DNA from: a candidate division FCPU426 bacterium
Lineage (GTDB): Bacteria > Oederibacteriota > Muellerivitia > Muellerivitales > Muellerivitaceae
Length of the DNA stretch: 64,000 nucleotides
Direction: 5' to 3'
Assembly: GCA_963771075.1 (NCBI GenBank)
Contig: CAVYSE010000017.1
Span: 32,001-96,000, forward strand
The notes under the pieces are model-generated. The model saw only the letters and a program-made list of their open reading frames with translations, was not told where the DNA came from and did no database searches. Within the stretch, counting starts at the first letter, position 1, and every line of letters begins with the position of its first letter. Below are positions 11,671-22,109 of this stretch, one piece after another. Position numbers and translations under genes: made by a program.

Positions 11671-12876
11671 CGGTTTCTTTTTAAGTATTTCTCCACTTTT
11701 TTCACGTCCCCGGGCACATCCACCGCGATCGAGTTAAACCTTTGAACGGCGGCCCGGATCACAACCCCGTTTTCCATGGCCCGCAATTGTTCCAATTTTT
11801 CAGTTATTTCAAGCGGAGTCGGCTTGAGGGTGGCCATCAATTGCAGCCAGGCCGGCCGATAGCCGTAGAGGCCGATATGCTGGTAGGCTTGGGGCATTCC
11901 GCCTTCCCGTGGATAAGGAATGGGGGAGCGGGAAAAATAAAGGACATCGCCCTTTCGCCCCAGGACCGCCTTCACCACATTTCGGTTTTTCCAGGTCTTT
12001 TCGTCCGTAAGCGGGATCACTACCGTGGACATCAGGATTTTAGGGTCGCTTTGAAGCACTTCCACCACTGCGTCCACGGCCCCCGGGGGCATGACCGGCT
12101 CGTCTCCCTGGATGTTGACCACGATATCGGCCTTCACATTACGCACGGCATAGGCAATTCGATCGGTCCCTGATGGAAGGCGGGCGGGAGTCATCACCGC
12201 CTTGGCACCCGCTTTTTCACTCACCTCCGCGATTCTTTTGTCATCGGTCGCCACCCAGACCTCGGTCAGGCGTTTTGCTTTTTGGACCTGCCGGATCACC
12301 CGGACAATCATCGGCACCCCGGCGATCAATGCCAAAGGCTTGCCGGGAAATCGTTTCGCCCCGTACCGGGATGGTATAACGCCGATGGCCTTCAATTTCT
12401 TCCCATATCTTTCCACGACCATTTGGATGAGGTTCGTGGTAGAACGCCCCTCCACCACGGGGATGTTCATGACCTTGCCGCCCCAGGATTGCACCAGGTC
12501 CCCGCCGATAATCTTATCGACTGCCCAGTCGCCCCCTTTGACCAGCACGTTCGGGCGCAGAATCTTGATGACGTTATAAGGGTTCTCTTCCTCAAAAAAT
12601 GTCGTGTAATCAACGCATTGAAGCGCCAGCAGCATTTCGGCTCTTTCCGCCAAGGGGAAGAAGCGGCTTAAGAGGGCCCTTAATGCGCCGCACGGACTCG
12701 TCGCTGTTCAAGCCCACCACCAAAAGGTCGCCCTGGGAGCGGGCCGCCTGCAGGTAGGTGACATGTCCCAAATGGAGCAAATCAAAGACCCCATTCGTGA
12801 AGACGACTTTTTTGCCTTGTTTTTGGAGGTTCTGAAGGACCGGCGCTAACTGGGAGGCTTCTAAAAAATGTTCCAA
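11667..12876 (-). CDS. kdsB: RfaE2-type heptose-1-phosphate adenylyltransferase fused to CMP-KDO synthetase; +1 frameshift at about 12654-12657
   Basis: [20 protein letters not shown], (shift) ERAEML, VKGGDW, GRSTT, then in frame [47 protein letters not shown]. Confidence 0.85.
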
Positions 12877-12904
12877 TGCGTCTCAACTTTACTCGGGATG
12901 CATA

Positions 12905-12933
12905 ATTATAGGGAAAGCATCCACCGCTGGCAA
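12905..12933 (-). promoter_or_regulatory. Sigma70-type promoter for rfaE2-kdsB/pyrG/kdsA
   Basis: TTGCCA-N17-TATAAT on the minus strand, 28 bp before the TTG start. Confidence 0.7.
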
Positions 12934-12952
12934 GACAAAGACCTGCGCTTGC

Positions 12953-15562
12953 TTAATGCACATTTTGGTAAAGTTTGAGATCCTCGGGACTCAAAAACTT
13001 AGACGCCTCAGGAACGTCGTACGAAGTTGCGTCCGGCTTGTCGGTGAACAAATCCATCATTGGAATGGCGAGGCCGTCCCCGCTGTTCATGGGTTTCAAT
13101 CCCAGGATCATCTCGATCGTTCGAAGCATGCTTTCCTGATCGTAGGGGTTGCTCACCAGCGCGCCCCGCTTCACGAAGGGGCCAGCGGCAAGAGCAACGG
13201 TTCGGGTTGAGTCCACGTGGTCCAACCCGTCCTGGGAATCATCCTCCACCACGAAGATCTGGCTTTCCTTCCAAACATCGCTTTTCGATATGGTTTCTAC
13301 CATGAGCCCCAGGGCCGCGTCGTTCTGGGCGATATATTGTTCCGGCGTGGGCGGCGGGGGCCATCCCATATGGTCATTGGGAAGCCAAAGGTATTCCAGG
13401 GACGGCACCTGATGGGTGTCTACCTGGCGTTTGAAATCTTCCTTCCAAAGGCGGTAACGCTCCAGGTCGGAAATGGTGAGGTCCCAGGCGGGGTAATTCA
13501 TCGAGTAATGAACCAGAAAATCGGCGAAGGCGTTTTTAAGCTTGTCATCCTTGGCCAAGGCGTCGGCCAGGCTGCTATCCGCCAAGTAGTAATCGGAGAA
13601 AAGGGATACGAACTGGGAATCTCCCAGAAGTTTCTTCGCATCCTCCAAGGTTAGGGCTTGCCGGTAGAAGGCCCCGAACTTTTGGGTAAAACGAAGACCC
13701 CGGTCCTTCTCATTGGCGAAGACCAGGGTGTGCTGGTAGTACTTTTTCACCAGGTCGGAATCGGCCCCGTAGGCATTCAGGAGAATGCGGTAAGGCTGGG
13801 TATAGAGATAATAGGGCTCCCCGTAGACCTTGTAATCCAGCCCCTTGTCCGAGCAGGAGTCCCAAAGATATTGCGGCGAGTAAACTGCCGGGATGGTGCC
13901 GTAGGGATAAAGATATTTCACGGGTTCCTTGCCGTCTTCCGGGTCTTTCCAGTTGAATCGGCCCGCATAGGCGATATTGCCGATCCATTCCAAGAAAGGG
14001 CTGGCATAACCCGAGGTCGTGTAACTGTGGCCCAGGGCGCTTATTTCCCCATCGCAGAAAAAATGATCCAGTGTCACGAATTCTTTAGATAGCTTGTGGG
14101 CGTTGGGGCTCTTGGCCTCGGGGAAGACGCACAATTGGGGGTCGCCCTCCCCCGGGGTCAGGTCGCCCAAAATCTGGTCGTAGGTGCGGTTCTCCCGGAT
14201 GATATAAAAGACATGCTGGATGGGCAGTTTAAAGCCCGCTTGGGGGCTCGCCAGGGGGGAACCCCCGGTGACTTGACCCGTCCATCGGTCCAAGTTGTCC
14301 GCCACGTCCGACAGGGGAAGGGTGGAGAGGGTACCGACCAAGAGGTTTAGAATATAGAAGGGGTCGCTGTTTTGGAGGCCCGGAACACCTTTCTCCCGCA
14401 CGGTCGGCCTCAAGGGGCGGATGCCCTTGGCGCTCAAGATATAAAGGTTTTTCTCGTCCAAATAAACTTTCGTGGGATACCAGCCGGCGGGGATCAGCCC
14501 CAGCATCTTCCCGTCTTCCTTGTTCAAAACCGCCACCGCGTTCCACCCGGCGAGCGAGACATAGAGCCGGTCCGAAGTGGCCGCCACCGAATTGGGACCC
14601 GCCCCGAACTTAAAACCCGCTTGCTTCAAGTCAAAGGTCCCCACCACCTGATCCGTTTGCGTATCGATCACCGAAAGATCGTCCGAGTTGGTGTTGACCA
14701 CGTAAAGCATTCCCTGGCTGAAGGCCAGGTTCGTGGGGCTTTTCCCCACCGGGATCGAAGCACCTTCCACAAGCTTGTCTTTCTTCAGAGTATAAACTTG
14801 AATCCGGTCTTCGCCCTCGATCGTGGCATAAAGTTTCCCTTTCCCCCATTGCAGGGCGTAAGGGTAATGGCCGGTTTTCACTTCATCTAAAATTTTTCCC
14901 GAGGCAGTGTCGAGCAGGGCGATTTCGCCCTTTTCCCAGGGCCCGGTTCCCTTTTGATTGACCATAAGATAGGTCAAGGCAAGCCGGTTCTTGCCCGTAA
15001 AAGCCAACCCTCCCGCGTAGCCATTCACCTCATAAAAGGGGTTGTCCTTGGGCGGCTCCAATTTCGAATTGAGGCGGTATACCTTGAAGTCATATCCCCC
15101 GCTGATGTAGAGGTTCCCGTCCGGGCCGGCCTGGGCCGAGGGAAAGAGCGAATGGAAGGGCAGGGTTTTTTCCAATGTGTTCGTCGAGGGGTCCACGATG
15201 GATACTTTGGAATCGGCCTGGGAGGGGTAAAACCCGTTGTTCAAAACCACCAGTTTGTGTGCGTAGGAAACCATTTCCGAGGGCATAGTCCCCAGTTCGA
15301 GAATCTGCCCTGCCGGAGCGATCTTCCAATTATTGGGAAGGGCCACCTCATGGGTTTCCTTCTTTTGCGATTCTTCCTGGGCCTTCTGGGCGTAAGTCAC
15401 CGCTTGGTCATAGGTGTTGCCCATGGCCGCCACCCATAGGTTGCGCTTTAATTCTTCATGCTCGGAAGGTTCATCCAACCCCGTGACCGGTTGGGATAAG
15501 GCCGTGGCTAGGAGGCCGAGATAAAAGATCATGCAGGTTTTTAGGGTGCGGCTAAGATTCAT
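12953..15562 (-). CDS. Secreted YncE/YVTN beta-propeller plus phosphoesterase (alkaline phosphatase-like) protein
   Basis: Signal peptide; LYVVNTNSDDLSVID repeats; IQHVFYIIRENRTYDQILGD, LPNDH, EDDSQDGLDHVDS. Confidence 0.8.
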   Translation of the reverse strand: MNLSRTLKTCMIFYLGLLATALSQPVTGLDEPSEHEELKRNLWVAAMGNTYDQAVTYAQKAQEESQKKETHEVALPNNWKIAPAGQILELGTMPSEMVSYAHKLVVLNNGFYPSQADSKVSIVDPSTNTLEKTLPFHSLFPSAQAGPDGNLYISGGYDFKVYRLNSKLEPPKDNPFYEVNGYAGGLAFTGKNRLALTYLMVNQKGTGPWEKGEIALLDTASGKILDEVKTGHYPYALQWGKGKLYATIEGEDRIQVYTLKKDKLVEGASIPVGKSPTNLAFSQGMLYVVNTNSDDLSVIDTQTDQVVGTFDLKQAGFKFGAGPNSVAATSDRLYVSLAGWNAVAVLNKEDGKMLGLIPAGWYPTKVYLDEKNLYILSAKGIRPLRPTVREKGVPGLQNSDPFYILNLLVGTLSTLPLSDVADNLDRWTGQVTGGSPLASPQAGFKLPIQHVFYIIRENRTYDQILGDLTPGEGDPQLCVFPEAKSPNAHKLSKEFVTLDHFFCDGEISALGHSYTTSGYASPFLEWIGNIAYAGRFNWKDPEDGKEPVKYLYPYGTIPAVYSPQYLWDSCSDKGLDYKVYGEPYYLYTQPYRILLNAYGADSDLVKKYYQHTLVFANEKDRGLRFTQKFGAFYRQALTLEDAKKLLGDSQFVSLFSDYYLADSSLADALAKDDKLKNAFADFLVHYSMNYPAWDLTISDLERYRLWKEDFKRQVDTHQVPSLEYLWLPNDHMGWPPPPTPEQYIAQNDAALGLMVETISKSDVWKESQIFVVEDDSQDGLDHVDSTRTVALAAGPFVKRGALVSNPYDQESMLRTIEMILGLKPMNSGDGLAIPMMDLFTDKPDATSYDVPEASKFLSPEDLKLYQNVH

Positions 15563-15635
15563 GGTTATCTCCGGCAATCATTGAATGCTAAAAAGATTCC
15601 GGGGAAAAGGGCAGGTTATGTTAAATGGGTGCAAA

Positions 15636-16772
15636 TTAAGCGGATACTAACGTTAATTTCACTATTTCAGGAGGGCACAAAGTCCTCACCTGTGGGGTTC
15701 CCCCAATGCCCCGGTTGATGAATACCACCGTTTTTCCATCCCTAAAAAACCCGCCTACGTAATTGCGCCCTTGGTTGGAAGGAACGATCACCGGGCCGAT
15801 GCCTGGGAAACACACTTGCCCCCCATGGCAATGCCCCGAAATTTGAAAATGCACCCCGACCTTCGCCGAAAGATAAAAATGGTCGGGGTTGTGGGCTACC
15901 ATGATCTTTGCGTCCCCACTTGCCGAAAAAAATGGTTTTTCGTTTTTCTCCCCCGTCCATAGGTCGTCCACACCCATCAAAGAAAGGGTCTTACCCTTCC
16001 GCCGGATGGTTTTCACCTCATTGCGCAAAACTTTGATCCCGGCCCGCTCCACTGATTTTTTGACAGCGGAACCCGCCGTCCAATGGTCGTGGTTTCCCAG
16101 CACCGCGTAAACACCCAGGGGCGCCTTGAATCCTTTCAACACCTTTTCCAAATGGGGTATTTCCCTTGCCCGGGAAATGAAATCACCCGTGAGTAGGAAA
16201 AGATCCGGCTTGAGTTTCCGCATTTCGGAAAAGACCAACCCCAAGTATTGCGCGTGGATATACCCGCCAAAATGGATATCCGAAACCTGGGCCAGGGAAA
16301 GGCCGGAGAAGGCCTGGGGCCAGCCCGGAATCTTGACCTCATACTCATTCACTTCCAGGTCCTGGATCTCGTTACCCATGCCTATTTTTTTCAGCCATGG
16401 GTAAGGCACGTTCCATCGGGCGGGGCGGTTCGGATACCGACGGGCAATGAGCTTCACTTCGGCGTTCTTGCGGACAAAGAACCGCCAAAAGACGTGGCGG
16501 CCTAAAACCGCTAACGAAATGAGGACTATGCCTAAGGCCATCACCTGTAAAGCTGGTGGAATTCGCGACCAGTTCATTAACGTAAAATCCCAATATCGGG
16601 ACAAACAAAAGAAAAGGCCTCCAAAAAAAACCACAAAAACGGCCGTCCATCCCACAATCCATTGTGTTTCTGGAAAACGATAACGGGGATGGAAGCTGAC
16701 GCGGTTCGTTAAATAAAGAAAAAGATTTATAAAGCAAAATAGGCAGAGCCAGAAAAAAGGTTGGAGGATCAT
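15636..16772 (-). CDS. Membrane-anchored metallophosphoesterase (YkuE/YaeI-like)
   Basis: N-terminal TM helices; SDIH, TGD, GNHD, AHNPD, SGHCHGGQ. Confidence 0.88.
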   Translation of the reverse strand: MILQPFFWLCLFCFINLFLYLTNRVSFHPRYRFPETQWIVGWTAVFVVFFGGLFFCLSRYWDFTLMNWSRIPPALQVMALGIVLISLAVLGRHVFWRFFVRKNAEVKLIARRYPNRPARWNVPYPWLKKIGMGNEIQDLEVNEYEVKIPGWPQAFSGLSLAQVSDIHFGGYIHAQYLGLVFSEMRKLKPDLFLLTGDFISRAREIPHLEKVLKGFKAPLGVYAVLGNHDHWTAGSAVKKSVERAGIKVLRNEVKTIRRKGKTLSLMGVDDLWTGEKNEKPFFSASGDAKIMVAHNPDHFYLSAKVGVHFQISGHCHGGQVCFPGIGPVIVPSNQGRNYVGGFFRDGKTVVFINRGIGGTPQVRTLCPPEIVKLTLVSA

Positions 16773-16836
16773 GGAAGGTTCTTATGTCTCATTTGCGCAA
16801 TATTACCTGCGATTATCAAAAGAATTTCAAGGCGGA

Positions 16837-17973
16837 TCACAAGGTTTGGGATGGTTTTAAATTGAAAAGGGTCCGGATTCGATTGTTAACCGGGACTTCA
16901 AAATAACGGTATGAAAAATAAGCGGCGGTCCAAACACCAGCCAAAAGCAACAGGAGCGCCCCCAATCCTCCCGTCCAAGCCAAAAGCGGCAATAGGACGA
17001 AAATTACGGCGGGATGTAACAAATAACAGCCGTAACTCAGCTTACCCGGCCAAGACAATAGGCTTCCCCATTTCGAATTGAGAAACGGCAAGTGTAAACC
17101 GCCTAGAATCGCCAAGGCGCATCCCATCGCGAGGAGAGTGGGGGTCAAGATGGTCTCAATCCCGTCGTCAAATGACGTTCCGAGATAAAGCTCCAGGCAA
17201 ATGACTAAACCGGAAAGAAAGAAGAGAAAGCTTATCCAAGGCCTGTTTTGAAGGCTTTTCTTGAGATGTTCCGAAGCAAAAAAGAGAATCCCACCCACCG
17301 CGATCTGGTCAAAAGCGCCGAAGGAAGCCCAATGCATCCAATCCGAACCCGCCTTAAAGCATAAGAAGGAAAAGCCGCGGAAGAATACGGCGATAAGAAT
17401 GATGCTTCCGAGAAAAAATAAAACACGCTTGCGATTGTTCAGGAATCTTAGGGTTACTGGGTAAAAAAAATAGAACTGTTCCTCAATCGCCAGTGACCAC
17501 AGGATACCCCAGTGCATCCCTATGCCGTGGGAATCCAGGGCTAAATACCAGTTAAAGCCGAAAGAAAACAAGGTGAGCCAAAAACCCCAGCCGTATCTCG
17601 CGGCAAATACCCCTGTGTGATAGGGGATCATCGACGCGCTCACGAATGGCTTTAAGCTTTCCATCAGAAGGCCCAAAAAAACAAAAGCCAATAATAAAGG
17701 AAAAATCCTGGCGGCCCTTTTGACATAAAAAGACTTGAGGTTGATGGTCGAAAAATCCTCAGAGGACTGAACCAGCAATTTCGTGATCAAAAAACCGGAA
17801 ACGACGAAGAAAAAGGTGACCCCATAGGCGCCATTCAGGAATGCCCCCAGGATGATTTGACGGATAACGGGCGGATAGGACCAGCTGGCGACCCAGCGGG
17901 GAAAAAAATGTCCCCCAATCACCAAGAAAATGCTGAGAAACCGGAAAAAATCAACCACTGGAATTCTTTTCAT
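16837..17973 (-). CDS. Acyltransferase family 3 (OafA-like O-acyltransferase)
   Basis: DFFRFLSIFLVIGGH, GVTFFFVVSGFLIT, FYVKRAARIFP, WSLAIEEQFY, GKLSYGCYLLH, SYRYFEVP. Confidence 0.9.
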   Translation of the reverse strand: MKRIPVVDFFRFLSIFLVIGGHFFPRWVASWSYPPVIRQIILGAFLNGAYGVTFFFVVSGFLITKLLVQSSEDFSTINLKSFYVKRAARIFPLLLAFVFLGLLMESLKPFVSASMIPYHTGVFAARYGWGFWLTLFSFGFNWYLALDSHGIGMHWGILWSLAIEEQFYFFYPVTLRFLNNRKRVLFFLGSIILIAVFFRGFSFLCFKAGSDWMHWASFGAFDQIAVGGILFFASEHLKKSLQNRPWISFLFFLSGLVICLELYLGTSFDDGIETILTPTLLAMGCALAILGGLHLPFLNSKWGSLLSWPGKLSYGCYLLHPAVIFVLLPLLAWTGGLGALLLLLAGVWTAAYFSYRYFEVPVNNRIRTLFNLKPSQTL

Positions 17974-18328
17974 CGGTGGCCGGCCTTAATTCTTATGAAC
18001 ATTTCTTTTTTAGGCCCGATCAATTAGGGATTTCCGTGTTCGAACATTTATCGCTAGGCTTGATCCATGGGGCATTATCACTAAGCCATTGATGGGGTAA
18101 AGAACAAATTAGGAAATAAGATTGCTAGAAAGGACCCGTTTGATTGGATACCCAAGGGCAATGGCCTGCACCAACGCCTAATTCAAGTTAATTTCACTTG
18201 CGCCGGCTTCAGCACGGTGGCCTTTCCCCTACGGGAAAACCCGGGAATTCAAAGATGCCAAATAGGGATATGGAATTTGCGTTATTTTTCCTTCAAGGCC
18301 CCTTTGGGAAAAGGGGCCCGAAAGGATG

Positions 18329-19957
18329 TTATTTGCCTTGTTGGTACAGGTAATTCGCTAGGTCCTGGATTTGGTTCGGCGTCAACTGATCGGTGAAGCC
18401 CTGCATGGCCGCGTCCTTGTTCAACAGAACTGGGTTCTTGATGTAGGACGCGATGTAGTCCGCGTCGCGGGCCTGGCCGATATGCGAGAGGTCGGGGCCG
18501 ATTTCCTCGCCGACTCCGTGGAACTTGTGGCAGGAGGCGCAGTTGTCCTCGAAAAGCCGGGGCGCCTGGGCCGTGAAGCTCGCCCCGCCCAAACTGCTCA
18601 TATAAGAAACCAGGGCCTCCACTTCGCCGTCCATGAGCTTGAAATTGGGCATCTTGGTGCCCGGGGTGACCTTCTTCGGGTCGCGGAAATGCGCCGCCAG
18701 CCATTCCCGGTCCCTGCGCATGCCCACGTTATCCAAGGCGGGGCCCACCGATCCCCCGTGCCCGTTCAGGATGTGGCAGTATTCGCAATTGAGGGACTGG
18801 AAAAGCCGTTTTCCCTCGGTGATGAGGGGGTCTTTCTTGACCTCCGGGTTGGTCAAGGGCGATTGCGCCCCCAGGATGGTGAAGACGGCCAAGCCCGCGA
18901 TGGTCAGGAGGCCCGCGAGGGTCCATAAGGGCCTTTGAAGCGGATGGCGCAAGGTATTGCGGTCCAAAAAGGGCAGGCCGAATAAAATCCCGAACACGAT
19001 CAAGGGAAGCAGCACGATGGCGAAGGCCTCCAGTGATCCCGGGAAATATTTCAAGAGCTGGAAAACCGCTAGGAAGTACCACTCCGGGCGGGGGTTATAG
19101 GTCGTATCGGTCGGGTTCGCCAGGTCTTCCAGTTCCGCGGGTTTGAAATAAGCCACGAAGGCAAGCACAAGGAAAACCAGCAGGATCGCCAGGATGTCCT
19201 TGAAAATAATGTAGGGGAAGAAGGACAACCCCTGGGCCTTCAGCTGTAGATACCTTTGCTTGAAACGCGATTTCCAGTCCGGGGCCAAGGCTTCCTCTGT
19301 GTTCAATTTTTCGGGCGGGGCCGAAATGCCATGCCAAATGACCAAAAACAGGTGCAAGGCGATGAGGGAAAGGGCGATGGCGGGAAAAACCAGCACATGG
19401 ATGGCGTAAAAACGGGTCAGGGTCACGGCCCCCAGGTCCTGGCTTCCCTTCATGATTTTGGCCAGGTAGGGCCCCAAAATGGGCACCTGTTCCACCATGT
19501 GGGAACCCACGGTCGTGGCCCAATAGGCTTTCTGGTCCCAGGGCAATAGGTAACCGGTAAAGCCAAAACCAATCACGAGGCAGAACAGGCCCACGCCCGT
19601 CAGCCAGGTCACTTCCCGGGGGTACTTGTAGGCCCCCATGAAGAATACCCGAAGCAGGTGCAGGGTCACCGCCACCACCATGCCCGTGGCCCCCCACTTG
19701 TGGATGGCCCGGATCCACTTGCCCATGGGGACGTCGCTGCTGAGAAATTGGACGGAATCGTAGGCATGGTCGGGCGAGGGGGAATAATGCATGGCCAGAA
19801 GGATGCCCGTCACGACCTGGACTGTGAAGAGGAAAAGGGTCACACTCCCGAGCGTGTACCACCAGTTCACGCCCTTGGGGATGTGGCGGTCGAGGATGAC
19901 TTCTTTCACCTTTTTCCAGCCCGTGCGCTCGTCCAGCCAATCGAGGATCTCTTTCAT
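18329..19957 (-). CDS. Cytochrome b (unsplit b6 + subunit IV type) fused to two cytochrome c domains
   Basis: Heme b His pairs AIHKW..TLHLL and AIHVL..ALHLF; TGYLLPWDQ; PEWY; C-terminal CEYCH and CASCH. Confidence 0.92.
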   Translation of the reverse strand: MKEILDWLDERTGWKKVKEVILDRHIPKGVNWWYTLGSVTLFLFTVQVVTGILLAMHYSPSPDHAYDSVQFLSSDVPMGKWIRAIHKWGATGMVVAVTLHLLRVFFMGAYKYPREVTWLTGVGLFCLVIGFGFTGYLLPWDQKAYWATTVGSHMVEQVPILGPYLAKIMKGSQDLGAVTLTRFYAIHVLVFPAIALSLIALHLFLVIWHGISAPPEKLNTEEALAPDWKSRFKQRYLQLKAQGLSFFPYIIFKDILAILLVFLVLAFVAYFKPAELEDLANPTDTTYNPRPEWYFLAVFQLLKYFPGSLEAFAIVLLPLIVFGILFGLPFLDRNTLRHPLQRPLWTLAGLLTIAGLAVFTILGAQSPLTNPEVKKDPLITEGKRLFQSLNCEYCHILNGHGGSVGPALDNVGMRRDREWLAAHFRDPKKVTPGTKMPNFKLMDGEVEALVSYMSSLGGASFTAQAPRLFEDNCASCHKFHGVGEEIGPDLSHIGQARDADYIASYIKNPVLLNKDAAMQGFTDQLTPNQIQDLANYLYQQGK

Positions 19958-19959
19958 GG

Positions 19960-20460
19960 TCAACCCTCCGTGGGCAGGATCGAGACGACTCCGCTTTCCA
20001 CCTTCACGGAGTAGTGGTCCAGGGGCCGGGGAGGGGGGCCGGAAACCACCTTGCCACTCTTGTCGTAAACGCCGTTATGGCAGGGGCAGAGAAAAAGCTT
20101 CTGGTCCGCGTCCCAGCGGTAGGGACAGCCCAAATGGGTGCAATGGGGGTCGAAGGCCGTGAGCTTCCCCTGTTCCTTCAGCATCCAAACGTTGCCGCGG
20201 CTCTCGGTGGTAGCCCACCCGTCCATGATGCGCTGGATGAATTCCTTCTTGACCGGCTGGCCCTCGGGCAGGTCCTTTTCGAGGCCGATCTCGATCCAAT
20301 TTTCCTTCTTCCCCAGCCAGGCCGGGGAAAGGAAATAAACCGCCCCGCTTCCCCCGAGGACAAAAGCGATCACGCCGCCGATAAAGGCGATGGCCGCTCC
20401 CAGGAATTTTCGCCGCTCGGAATTCTCGGGTTCATTGTTTTTTTTATCCAACGGGCACAT
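19960..20460 (-). CDS. Rieske 2Fe-2S subunit of a bc-type complex
   Basis: Tat motif ERRKFL plus TM helix; CTHLGC, CPCH, GPPPRPL. Confidence 0.93.
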   Translation of the reverse strand: MCPLDKKNNEPENSERRKFLGAAIAFIGGVIAFVLGGSGAVYFLSPAWLGKKENWIEIGLEKDLPEGQPVKKEFIQRIMDGWATTESRGNVWMLKEQGKLTAFDPHCTHLGCPYRWDADQKLFLCPCHNGVYDKSGKVVSGPPPRPLDHYSVKVESGVVSILPTEG

Positions 20461-20525
20461 TTAAATCTCCTTGAGGGATCTCGTATCAGCCGGAACTCCA
20501 CTGGGAAAAAAGGACGGCCCGGGCT

Positions 20526-20918
20526 TTACTTCGCGGTGACGCTTTCGTCCGGGTTCCCTTCCCCGATCAAGCTCTTCAAATAAAGGGCCACCTCGTGGAT
20601 TTGATCGTCTGTCAATTTGCCCCGGTAGTTCGGCATCCGGTGTTTGCCCGAATCGACCATCGTCTCGATCTGGAACACGGACATGCGGACGACTTCATCC
20701 CGGTGCAGGTTGATTTTATCCCGGGTCACATTCAAGAGCTTGAGCATCTTGGGGTTTCCCGTGGCGTCCTTGGCATGGCAACGGGCGCATTTACCCTCGA
20801 AGAGTTTCTTTCCGGTCACCAGCTCGTCCCCGAACACCGTTGAAAAAGACAGGACATAACAAAGCAGGGCGAGAATAACCGGTATTGTTGTGGCGAATCC
20901 CCTCTTTGGCCTATTCAT
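20526..20918 (-). CDS. Periplasmic monoheme cytochrome c (paralog 4, divergent)
   Basis: Signal peptide; CARCH; RMPNYRGKLT. Confidence 0.85.
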   Translation of the reverse strand: MNRPKRGFATTIPVILALLCYVLSFSTVFGDELVTGKKLFEGKCARCHAKDATGNPKMLKLLNVTRDKINLHRDEVVRMSVFQIETMVDSGKHRMPNYRGKLTDDQIHEVALYLKSLIGEGNPDESVTAK

Positions 20919-21030
20919 GCGAACCTCCTCATTCTGCGGTTGAAAGGCGGGCATTGCAGCCGAATCCGCCGGCGGTCCAATGCCCATTCCATCCATTAAC
21001 CGGCTCCTTCGCTTCCCAACATTCCCCAAT

Positions 21031-21061
21031 AAAAAAAGCCGGGGGAGAGCACCGGCTTTTT
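21031..21061 (-). terminator. Rho-independent terminator-like hairpin
   Basis: AAAAGCCGG-loop-CCGGCTTTT with A/T tracts on both sides. Confidence 0.6.
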
Positions 21062-21104
21062 AAACTGCCTTGAGTGGGGGAAATGAGACCATGCCCCGCC
21101 AAAC

Positions 21105-21470
21105 TTATTTCGCCGTTTGAAGGCTTTTCACGTACTGGACCACCTGTTGGATCTGGTCCGGGGTCAGCTTCCCCTTGAATTTGGGCATCTTGCCCTTGCC
21201 CGTCGAGACGATAGTGGCCAGGTCTTCCGCCTTCGCGGTGACGGCTGCGCCGCTGGTCAAATCCACCCGGGAAGGATCCACCTTCATGACCTTGGCGATC
21301 TTGGCGTTTCCCTTGGCGTCCTTGCCGTGGCATTGGGCGCACTTGGACTCGAAAAGCTTCTGGTTGGCGGGCACTGCGGCGTCCGCCCCATAAGCGTAGG
21401 TGCAGGTAAAGAGCAGGGCCGAGAAGAATATCCCCAATAGTGCCGCGACTTCCCTTAAGTACTGTTTCAT
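21105..21470 (-). CDS. Periplasmic monoheme cytochrome c (paralog 3)
   Basis: Signal peptide MKQYLRE..AYGAD; CAQCH; KMPKFKGKLT. Confidence 0.9.
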   Translation of the reverse strand: MKQYLREVAALLGIFFSALLFTCTYAYGADAAVPANQKLFESKCAQCHGKDAKGNAKIAKVMKVDPSRVDLTSGAAVTAKAEDLATIVSTGKGKMPKFKGKLTPDQIQQVVQYVKSLQTAK

Positions 21471-21610
21471 TTTTTTCTCCCGCGTGGAATGATGAAAAAA
21501 CGACCGACTACCTGTCTGAAACACCCGCTAACTTTAAACAACCTGTGCCCCGGGTTCAAATCAATTTTCCTGGCGATAGGGTTTTCAGAGTTGTCCGACT
21601 TTCAAAGGAT

Positions 21611-21688
21611 ATTGTGGCTAAAAGGGGGGATTAGGACGTCCGGGAAAAAACCGGGTTTATGCCGGAGGAACTCCGTAAAAAACACGGA
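21611..21688 (-). promoter_or_regulatory. Conserved tandem operator plus -10 element (site 1)
   Basis: TCCGGGAAAAAACCGGG at 21639, TCCGTAAAAAACACGGA at 21672; CACAAT (minus) at 21611-21616. Confidence 0.7.
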
Positions 21689-21719
21689 GATTTCATAGAA
21701 GGAAGGGGAAAATCCCCGT

Positions 21720-22067
21720 CTAATTCATTTTCCTTTTTGGGAGCTTCGCGGAGAAGAGGATCATGTTGAAGATGTGGACGATCCCCACCAACAGGCATTG
21801 CCACCCGAAATAACCGGCGGCCACCTTGATCATTTCATGCGCGTCCTTGAAGTCCTCCTGCCCATAAGCCATGCGGATGAAGATATAGCCGAAATTGATC
21901 AGGTAAAAACCGAGGTCCATCAAGGCCATTAGGGACTGGGACCCTTCCGATTTTTTTGGAAAGATGTAACTCAGGAAATAACTTCCATGCCGCTTCAAAA
22001 GCCTCGAAACAACGATGGTAAAAACGACTCCCAGCACCAGATAACAAAGGTCGAAGTAAATCACCAT
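21720..22067 (-). CDS. Small membrane protein, about 3 TM helices, function unknown
   Basis: Hydrophobic ORF preceded by GGAGG. Confidence 0.7.
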   Translation of the reverse strand: MVIYFDLCYLVLGVVFTIVVSRLLKRHGSYFLSYIFPKKSEGSQSLMALMDLGFYLINFGYIFIRMAYGQEDFKDAHEMIKVAAGYFGWQCLLVGIVHIFNMILFSAKLPKRKMN

Positions 22068-22109
22068 ATCGCCGCCTCCCCCTCTACCACCCCAGGAAAC
22101 CTTATCCAG

